From Bacteroidia bacterium (GTDB lineage Bacteria > Bacteroidota > Bacteroidia > Bacteroidales > VadinHA17): a stretch of DNA of 64,000 nt. The notes under the pieces were generated by a model. The model saw only the letters and a list, made by a program, of their open reading frames with translations, searched no databases and was not told where the DNA came from. The translations under genes were made by a program, and so were the position numbers. The stretch is from contig JAPLDX010000060.1 in the NCBI GenBank assembly GCA_026391215.1, forward strand, positions 32,001 to 96,000. Reading direction: 5' to 3'. Shown here piece after piece: positions 56,779 to 64,000 of this stretch. Numbering within the stretch: the first letter of the stretch is position 1; each line of letters begins with the position of its first letter.

Positions 56779-57327
56779 ATGACGGAACAGATCAAAAAAT
56801 TATGGCCAGAGCTTGACTGGATCAGCGATCAGTCGCTCAGGGAAAAGACAGCAAGAACGTGGGAGCTTGCACTGGAAAGGAGCGTACTGACAGCTGATGA
56901 CCTGGAGCATATTCCTTTTACCCTGCTGTGTGGACCTGATCTGAAGGTGAGCTTTATGGCTCACAAGAGGTGCGTTGTACATCTGGCCAGGGAAAGCGGT
57001 AAAAAGATGAATCAGTTCTTTGGCAGTGACCTGCCTGTAAATATGGATGTTCTTATTTCGGGTGCGATACTTGCAGATGTCGGCAAACTGCTTGAATATG
57101 AGCTTGACAAGGACGGCAAAGCTTTTCAGGGTAAATACGGGCAATACCTGCGGCATCCTTTTTCAGGAGTCTCACTGGCTGAAGAATGCGGTGTTCCGCC
57201 TGAGGTGTGTCATATCATAGCTGCACATGCTCATGAAGGTGATCTTGTGAAAAGGAGCACCGAGGCATATATTGTTCACCATGCCGACTTCATGACATTC
57301 GAACCTTTCAGGAGCAGATTGATTTAA
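56779..57327 (+). CDS. HD-superfamily protein with AD in place of HD
   Basis: H..V, GAILADVGKL, RHPFSG, HIIAAH, VHHAD. Confidence 0.75.
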   Translation: MTEQIKKLWPELDWISDQSLREKTARTWELALERSVLTADDLEHIPFTLLCGPDLKVSFMAHKRCVVHLARESGKKMNQFFGSDLPVNMDVLISGAILADVGKLLEYELDKDGKAFQGKYGQYLRHPFSGVSLAEECGVPPEVCHIIAAHAHEGDLVKRSTEAYIVHHADFMTFEPFRSRLI

Positions 57328-57328
57328 T

Positions 57329-57360
57329 GCCCCTAAATCCCCGAAGGGGACCTGGGGGTA
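57329..57360. repeat. GC-rich hairpin / REP-like element between convergent genes
   Basis: GCCCCTAAATCCCC-GAA-GGGGACCTGGGGG nested stem. Confidence 0.5.
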
Positions 57361-57367
57361 GGGAGCG

Positions 57368-59281
57368 CTATCCCAGTTTCATCTTCTCGACTTCCTCCAT
57401 ATTCCTTTCATTTGTAACTGCCTTGGCTTCAGTTGTATAGAGAAAGTCAATAAGATCCTGGTACCTGTCCATGATCTTGCCTCTCACAATTTTCATTATA
57501 GAATTCATCAGGTGGTTTCCCTCGTTAAATCCTTCCTCAAGAATGCCTATAGCAACAGGCAGCCATCTTTGCGGGAACATCTTTCCGTATTTCCCGTTTG
57601 TCCTATATTCATTGACTTCATTTTCAATCAGATTCAGTACTGCTTTTTTACCCTCTTCAGAAGCGGCTATTAGATTCTTTTCTTCAAGAAAAAGCTTAAG
57701 TGCAACCTGGTTAGGCACAATAAGAGCGACTGTATATGGTTTCTGGTTATTGTAAAGCATGCACTGGTCAATGTATTTTGACTGTTCAGTTATTGTTTCC
57801 TCTATGCCTTCCGGGCTGAATTTTTCACCATCATCTGCAATAAGAAGACTCTTGAAGCGGCCAAGAACATAAAGGTAACCATCCTCAGACATGTAGCCCA
57901 TATCACCGGTATGGAGCCATCCTTCCCTTAATGTATCTTTTGTTGCGACTTCATTTTTCCAGTATCCGTACATCACATTTCCTCCCCTGATGACTATTTC
58001 GCCCTTTTCCCCTGTTGGTAAATCGCGTCCCTCTTCATCGCATATCTTAAGATCCATATTATTGACGATCGGTCCTGATGAACCCAGCTTGTGCCTGGCA
58101 GTGGAATTGGATGATATAACAGGTGATGCTTCGCTCAGTCCGTATCCCTGGTACATTGGAATTCCAAGGGCATAAAAGAACCGCTGAAGCTCGATATCCA
58201 GAAGAGCACCGCCGCCTATGAAGTAATCAAGCTCTCCACCATAGGCTTCACGTATTTTACTGAAAATGATCTTATCATAAAGGTCGATCAACGGTTTTTT
58301 AAGCTTTTGAAGTCCTCTTCCCTTGTTCCATCCTTCTTTATTGTATGAATAAGATATTTTCAATGCATGATTAAACAGTATTTCTGTGATTCTGCCTTTT
58401 TCCTTGATCCCCTTTTCGATGTTTTTCCTGAAATTTTTGGCAATTGCAGGAACGCTCATCAGCAGATTTGGTTTAATCTCTTTCAGGCAGATTGGAAGGT
58501 TCCTAAGAGCTTCCAATGGTGTTTTACCTATCTTGACAGAAGCAATGCTTGCCCCTTTACCCATGAAGGCAAAAATGCCGCAGGTGTGACCGAATGAGTG
58601 GTCCCAGGGCAGAAAAAGAAGAGTTTTATAAAATGCAGGAATATCCATCAGACTATAGGCCTGATAAACATTTGTTACGTAATTGCCATGTGTCAGAATA
58701 ATGCCCTTTGGATCTGCTGTAGTTCCGGAAGTATAGCAGATATTAGCAAAATCAGATGGTGTAACGCTCCGCGAGATCTCCTCGAATTTTGCCATGTTCT
58801 CCTTTGATTCAAGCCATTCCCTTCCCGCCTTTCTTACCTCATTGAAATGGATCTCGTTTGGAGGATACTCTTCCTGTGTGTCAAAATGAATTATTTTTTC
58901 AATATAGCGGCAATCACTGATGACCTCTTTAATTTTCTGATAATGTGTCGATGAGGTCAGGATCATCCTTGCTTCTGAATGGTTCAGTCTGAATTTGATC
59001 TCTTCCGGGCTAAGTTTTGTTGATATTGGTACATTATACGCCCCTGTATATAAAATGCCCAATTCTCCTATGACCCAATTGTTGCGGCCTTCAGATATGA
59101 GACTCAGTCTGTCACCTTTTTTAATGCCCAGGCATATCAGTCCTGCCGCAAATTCATAAACCTGTTTTTTTGTTTCACCGTAAGTAGTTCCTTCATATTT
59201 ATCGCCTGGTTTTTCCCACAGATAGACATTGTCGCTGAATTTCTCGACGCTCTCTTCAAAAAACTGGATTAATGATTTCAT
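57368..59281 (-). CDS. Long-chain fatty acid--CoA ligase
   Basis: ICYTSGTTADPKG, QGYGLSE, GWLHTGD, LGRFK; start taken at MKSLIQFF. Confidence 0.92.
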   Translation of the reverse strand: MKSLIQFFEESVEKFSDNVYLWEKPGDKYEGTTYGETKKQVYEFAAGLICLGIKKGDRLSLISEGRNNWVIGELGILYTGAYNVPISTKLSPEEIKFRLNHSEARMILTSSTHYQKIKEVISDCRYIEKIIHFDTQEEYPPNEIHFNEVRKAGREWLESKENMAKFEEISRSVTPSDFANICYTSGTTADPKGIILTHGNYVTNVYQAYSLMDIPAFYKTLLFLPWDHSFGHTCGIFAFMGKGASIASVKIGKTPLEALRNLPICLKEIKPNLLMSVPAIAKNFRKNIEKGIKEKGRITEILFNHALKISYSYNKEGWNKGRGLQKLKKPLIDLYDKIIFSKIREAYGGELDYFIGGGALLDIELQRFFYALGIPMYQGYGLSEASPVISSNSTARHKLGSSGPIVNNMDLKICDEEGRDLPTGEKGEIVIRGGNVMYGYWKNEVATKDTLREGWLHTGDMGYMSEDGYLYVLGRFKSLLIADDGEKFSPEGIEETITEQSKYIDQCMLYNNQKPYTVALIVPNQVALKLFLEEKNLIAASEEGKKAVLNLIENEVNEYRTNGKYGKMFPQRWLPVAIGILEEGFNEGNHLMNSIMKIVRGKIMDRYQDLIDFLYTTEAKAVTNERNMEEVEKMKLG

Positions 59282-59460
59282 CTTTATAATTTTTATGATA
59301 ATCTTTTTTTTCAGAAGCCTAATATACAAAATCCCTGTCATTAAAAATTGACTGTCAGTTTTAATATCATTTGGAATGATTTTTAATATTTTGTATATTT
59401 GAATATTGACATGTTTAAATTATTGGGGAACAATTATTTATAAAACTTAATTTTTATAGT

Positions 59461-59931
59461 ATGAGACATTTAGCGGCTCTGACCATAATACTCCTGTTGG
59501 TAACTCTTACGGGATGTAAGTACTTTAAGGGTAAGAAATCACGTGGCAAAAAAGCCCATGAAACCGAGCTCCTGCAAGCAAAGCAGGACAGCATCAGGAT
59601 TGCTGATTCTATCATGAAGGTTCAGGAACGGCTGAAAGCCATTGAAGACGCCAGGCTTGATTCAATACGGATAGCAGAGGAAAAGAGAGCATGGGAGCTG
59701 AAGAATAAGTACAATATTATTGTGGGAAGCTTTATAACTCCTGAGTATGCCAGGAGCCATGCCGAGACTTACCGCCAGAAAGGGTATGATGCAAAGATAA
59801 TCAAGATGGAGGGCGGCAGGTTCGACCTTGTCTCGGCTGAGGCTTATGCAAGCTTCAGAAAGGCTGTTGAACGTCTCCAGGAAATCCAGAATACTGAAGA
59901 AATGGGTGCCTGGATGTACGTTATAAAGTAG
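59461..59931 (+). CDS. Lipoprotein with C-terminal SPOR-like domain
   Basis: Lipobox LTGC, DSIRIADS helix, YNIIVGSF..AWMY. Confidence 0.75.
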   Translation: MRHLAALTIILLLVTLTGCKYFKGKKSRGKKAHETELLQAKQDSIRIADSIMKVQERLKAIEDARLDSIRIAEEKRAWELKNKYNIIVGSFITPEYARSHAETYRQKGYDAKIIKMEGGRFDLVSAEAYASFRKAVERLQEIQNTEEMGAWMYVIK

Positions 59932-59933
59932 GA

Positions 59934-61196
59934 CTATTTTCGGAAAATTGTCTCCTCCCTGTCAGGACCGACAGAAACCATAGTTATCGGCAAACCCGTC
60001 TCTTTCTCAACAAATCCGATATATTTTTTAAGGTTCTCCGGAAGATCTTTATATTCCCTTATTCCTGATATATTCTCCTTCCAGCCGTCCATTTCCATAA
60101 AAACAGGCTCTACAGGCGAATTATCAAAAGGGATCTCATGGCACTCTTTGCCTCCTGACTTGTAAGAAACACATACTTTAATAGTATCAAACCCTGACAT
60201 CACATCACTTTTTGTAATAAAGAGCCGGGTAACTCCGTCGATCATTATTGCATATTTCAATGCAGGCAGGTCGAGCCAGCCGCATCGGCGCGGACGTCCG
60301 GTGGTTGAACCGAATTCATGACCTTTTTCCCTTAGGATATTTCCGGTATGATCGTTAAGCTCTGTCGGGAACGGGCCGCTTCCCACTCTGGTGCAATAGG
60401 CCTTGAATATCCCGAGTACCTCACCAATCTTCTTTGGTGAAATGCCAAGACCTGTACAGGCGCCTGCGCTTATCGTGTTTGATGATGTGACAAAAGGATA
60501 TGAACCAAAATCTACATCAAGCATTGTGCCCTGTGCGCCTTCAGCAAGAAGCTTCTTGCCTTTTGATATCAGATCGTTGATCAGGTATTCCGTATTTATG
60601 ATCCTGAATTTTTTCATCAGCTCAATCCCTTCAAACCATCCTGCTTCGTATTCCTTCAGATCAAAACTAAAATCATAGCCTTTAAGGATAGCCAGGTGAA
60701 GCTTCATATGTTGATCGTACAGATCCCTGAAATCTTTTCTCAGAATTTCACCGGCTCGCAGGCCATTCCGTGCAACCTTATCGGTATATGCAGGGCCGAT
60801 GCCTTTGAGCGTCGATCCTATTTTGGTCTGCCCTTTGCTATGTTCATAAGCTGCATCGAGGATCCTGTGTCCGGGGAGTATAAGATTCGCCCTTGCTGAA
60901 ATTATCAGTCTCCTTATCAACTCATCTGCAGATAGACCAAGGCTCTCAGTCTCTTTCTTAAAAACTGCCGGATCAATAACCACGCCATTGCCTATTATAT
61001 TGATTTTTTCGGGGTGGAATATACCAGAAGGAATAAGGTGGAGCACATGCTTCACATTATTGAATTCAAGAGAATGCCCGGCATTAGGTCCTCCCTGGAA
61101 ACGGGCTATGATATCATAATCCGGGCTTATAGCGTCAACAATTTTTCCTTTGCCCTCATCACCCCATTGCAGACCTAACAAGATGTCAATGTTCAT
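59934..61196 (-). CDS. purA: Adenylosuccinate synthetase
   Basis: GLQWGDEGKGK, GGPNAGH, EGAQG, TRVGSGPFPTE, TTGRPRRCGWLD. Confidence 0.97.
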   Translation of the reverse strand: MNIDILLGLQWGDEGKGKIVDAISPDYDIIARFQGGPNAGHSLEFNNVKHVLHLIPSGIFHPEKINIIGNGVVIDPAVFKKETESLGLSADELIRRLIISARANLILPGHRILDAAYEHSKGQTKIGSTLKGIGPAYTDKVARNGLRAGEILRKDFRDLYDQHMKLHLAILKGYDFSFDLKEYEAGWFEGIELMKKFRIINTEYLINDLISKGKKLLAEGAQGTMLDVDFGSYPFVTSSNTISAGACTGLGISPKKIGEVLGIFKAYCTRVGSGPFPTELNDHTGNILREKGHEFGSTTGRPRRCGWLDLPALKYAIMIDGVTRLFITKSDVMSGFDTIKVCVSYKSGGKECHEIPFDNSPVEPVFMEMDGWKENISGIREYKDLPENLKKYIGFVEKETGLPITMVSVGPDREETIFRK

Positions 61197-61388
61197 ATTA
61201 GCAGATTATTATAATCTTAAAAAACAGATCACAAGTTACAAAATAATTCAACTTGGTTGCCAGGTGGTTCAAGATTGTTAATATTATTAAACTATAGCAT
61301 CCATTTACTGGGATTTCATAAATTTGATAAGCTGATAGTTTATGATGAATTAACCGGCAAAGAGTCTTTTCCATTAATACTGTTAAAT

Positions 61389-62531
61389 ATGAAAAACGCA
61401 CTAAGGTTTTCAGCAGCATTTTCCCTCCTCATTTCATTGACCTGGCAGACTGCCTCTTCGCAGCAAAACGATGAAATATTATTCTATAAGCACATTGCTG
61501 TATCAGCAATGAACGGTGTTTATTATGGTCTGGCTGCCGATCATATCTTTTCAATTGAAGACGATAAAGCTGCAGTGGCTATCCCTATCATAACAGCCGG
61601 CACCCTGGCGCTGGTACCGCTGTTTACAAATGAAACCAGGACAATAACCTCAAACCAGTTGCTGCTTTCCGGCCATGGACAGTTGATAGGATGGGCGCAC
61701 GGCTTATCTCTGGCACTGCTTATAAATGGGGAAAATTCATTCGACGAGGGAACAAGCAAGCTGACTGTAGGAATGGCCGCACTGGGCAGCATAGGCATGG
61801 GAATTGCCGGCAAATCCCTGGCAACTAAAAAAGACTGGTCGGAGGGACGTGTGGCTCTTTATCGTCATTATGGACTTGTTATGCCAACGACAGGAGCTGC
61901 ATTTTCCCTGGCAGTTTCTGATAATATAAGAGTATTTGCCAGTTCAGTTCTCCTGTTTGGTGCAGGCAGTTACTTTCTCGCCGACAGGGTGAACAGATGG
62001 CATGAGTTTACCAGAGGGGAAATAAGAGCGACTCAGGCGCTTACCTTATTGAACGGCAGCCTGGGATTATGCATATTGGCTGACATAGAACCTGGTGATC
62101 CTCCAAATGCTGCATGGTTATTGCCAGGACTCGGACTATTATCAGGTACAGGTTTCGGCCATTTGTGGCTGAAAGATTCAAACCTGACCCCTCAGCAGGG
62201 TATGACAACGATGTATGCTGCCGGACTTGGATCTCTTATTGGCATCGGTCTGTCAATACTCTTTAATCCTGAGGACGCTGATTTCAATGCATCACATTAT
62301 CTACTGCCTTATTCAACAGGAATGGCAACCTATTCGTATGCCGTATGGAGACTGAAAAATAAAAATGCAGCTTTGGGTTCCGTACCTCATGATAATAGTA
62401 CAGGAAAATGGGATTTCGCTTTCATGCCTCAAAACCTGTATCTCAATGAAAAACTGGGGGAAAAAGGTAATATTCTAAATAACAGACTTGTAGGAATGCA
62501 GCCTGTTATTTCAGCAACCTGTACTTTCTGA
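61389..62531 (+). CDS. Hypothetical membrane/secreted protein with repeated Gly-rich hydrophobic hairpins
   Basis: Signal peptide from ATG 61389; about five repeated hydrophobic helical pairs; C-terminal Phe. Confidence 0.7.
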   Translation: MKNALRFSAAFSLLISLTWQTASSQQNDEILFYKHIAVSAMNGVYYGLAADHIFSIEDDKAAVAIPIITAGTLALVPLFTNETRTITSNQLLLSGHGQLIGWAHGLSLALLINGENSFDEGTSKLTVGMAALGSIGMGIAGKSLATKKDWSEGRVALYRHYGLVMPTTGAAFSLAVSDNIRVFASSVLLFGAGSYFLADRVNRWHEFTRGEIRATQALTLLNGSLGLCILADIEPGDPPNAAWLLPGLGLLSGTGFGHLWLKDSNLTPQQGMTTMYAAGLGSLIGIGLSILFNPEDADFNASHYLLPYSTGMATYSYAVWRLKNKNAALGSVPHDNSTGKWDFAFMPQNLYLNEKLGEKGNILNNRLVGMQPVISATCTF

Positions 62532-62536
62532 AAGTA

Positions 62537-62989
62537 CTACTTCTCTTTCTTCTTTTCTACTGCAGCTCCATAGATATAAAGAGAATGATACTGGGGAGCG
62601 AAATTATTCATCTCACATGCGGTTTTTATGATCTCACTGATCCTGGGATCACAAAACTCAGTTACCTTACCGGTCTCAATATCAATTAGATGATCATGCT
62701 GTCCGCACTGGTAAGCTCTTTCAAACTGAGCTATATTCTTACCAAACTGATGTTTTATTACAAGATTGCAGTCGAGTAGAAGCTCAATTGTGTTGTAGAG
62801 AGTAGCCCTGCTCACCCTGTAATTCTTGTTCTTCATGAAAATATAAAGAGATTCAATGTCGAAATGTCCTGCACGTGAATAGATCTCATCGAGAATGGCA
62901 TACCTCTCAGGAGTTTTCCGGTGCCCCTTCTTCTTAAGATATTCTGTGAAGATCTTTTTTACTGTGATCCTTGTATCATCACTAATCAT
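62537..62989 (-). CDS. fur: Fur family transcriptional regulator
   Basis: [28 protein letters not shown]. Confidence 0.92.
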   Translation of the reverse strand: MISDDTRITVKKIFTEYLKKKGHRKTPERYAILDEIYSRAGHFDIESLYIFMKNKNYRVSRATLYNTIELLLDCNLVIKHQFGKNIAQFERAYQCGQHDHLIDIETGKVTEFCDPRISEIIKTACEMNNFAPQYHSLYIYGAAVEKKKEK

Positions 62990-63064
62990 ATCTGGTCTAA
63001 TTTAAAATAATGACAAAAATATGCATTTTTTAATTAGAAGAATGGATATTTATTTGTGTTTTTA

Positions 63065-64000
63065 TTATTCGGTAAAATCCTCAACTCTTTTGACGCTCTC
63101 GATACCCTTGATGTTGGATATCTTCATAATCAGATTGTTAAGGTCTTTTGTATGGTGAACATAGATATCAATTGATCCTGTAAATATGCCGTCCTTTACC
63201 GAGAAATTTACATTGGTCATATTTACTTTCAGCTGTGACGAAATAATATTGGTGATCTCGTTGATCAGGCCGATCCTGTCAATCCCGGTGAGGTTTATTC
63301 TTGCCAGGAAGGATACCAGCTTATGGATTGCCCATTTTACTGCAATTATCCTGTTCCCTTCATTTGACATCAGCCTTATTGCCACAGGGCATTTCGGCTT
63401 ATGAATAACTATCGGGCCTTCGGGGGAATGGTAACCCATGACCTCATCGCCGGGGATTGGATTGCAGCATGTGGCTATCTCATATGACTGCTCGGCACTT
63501 TCTATATTCTCCCTGAGAAGGAACGGGACGTTTTTATCTATTTTCTGAGGTGTTTCTTCTGGCTCTTTGGCTTCATTCTTTGATCCGATGAACTTTAGAT
63601 CCCAATACTTAATGATACTCTTGGTCGTAGTTTTACGAAGTATTTTCTTCAGGTTATCCAGGTTGATTATTCCAAGCTCAATACCTGAATAAAGTTCATC
63701 CTTGTTGAGCACATCATAGGAAGTCAGAAGCTTTTTCAGTATTTCCGCATTTGGGGTCACTCCAAGCTCATTAAGCTTGCTCTCAAGTATTTCCATTCCC
63801 TTCTGGACACGGTTTGAAGTTTCAGCACGTAATGCATCCTTAATAGCTTCTTTTGCTTTTGATGTCCTGACATATGACAGCCATTCCTTATCCGGTTTCG
63901 CAATATCTGAAGTAATTATTTCAACCTGATCACCGCTCATGAGCGTTGCATTGATAGGATGGAGCTTATAGTTTATCTTGGCGCCAATGGCTTTATTTCC
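63065..64000 (-). CDS. relA: RelA/SpoT (p)ppGpp synthetase/hydrolase, C-terminal part (TGS, CC, ACT); start lies beyond the window
   Basis: IGAKINYKL..SGDQVEIITS (TGS), CCNPIPGD..HKPKCP, GIDRIGL (ACT); frame open to the window edge. Confidence 0.92.
   Translation of the reverse strand, partial: GNKAIGAKINYKLHPINATLMSGDQVEIITSDIAKPDKEWLSYVRTSKAKEAIKDALRAETSNRVQKGMEILESKLNELGVTPNAEILKKLLTSYDVLNKDELYSGIELGIINLDNLKKILRKTTTKSIIKYWDLKFIGSKNEAKEPEETPQKIDKNVPFLLRENIESAEQSYEIATCCNPIPGDEVMGYHSPEGPIVIHKPKCPVAIRLMSNEGNRIIAVKWAIHKLVSFLARINLTGIDRIGLINEITNIISSQLKVNMTNVNFSVKDGIFTGSIDIYVHHTKDLNNLIMKISNIKGIESVKRVEDFTE

Overview
Chromosomal window from an anaerobic Bacteroidota (Bacteroidales-like) bacterium, judged from TAnnTTTG promoters, a T9SS-type C-terminal sorting domain, and proS/FadL and spoT-fur-purA synteny. 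It is mostly housekeeping: HU, htpG, aspC, lemA/htpX, plsY, ppdK, xerD, aroQ/aroB/aroC, pyk, nth, tilS, proS, pepD, purA, fur, relA/spoT and tRNA-Ser(TGA). The most interesting locus is 45.1-53.9 kb. A complete nickel-pincer-nucleotide (NPN) cofactor biosynthesis operon (larC-larE-larB) has no larA in the window. It is divergently paired with an operon encoding a twin-arginine-signal DUF362 protein carrying a LarA-like H-x9-K...H motif, a NapH/NapG-like membrane polyferredoxin, a methylmalonyl-CoA epimerase-like protein, a CitD-CitE fusion, CitF and rubredoxin. This is a candidate exported, membrane-electron-transfer-coupled NPN enzyme system (inference). Other notable items: pckA interrupted by a single in-frame TAG in a conserved motif, inverted arrays of 8-10 bp tandem repeats in intergenic gaps, a four-way-junction structure after tRNA-Ser, sigma54-like promoters before htpG and two secreted low-complexity proteins, and tandem FISUMP-domain paralogues with a Gly-rich repeat. 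No CRISPR array, prophage or transposase was seen. All calls are from manual motif recognition; no searches were run.
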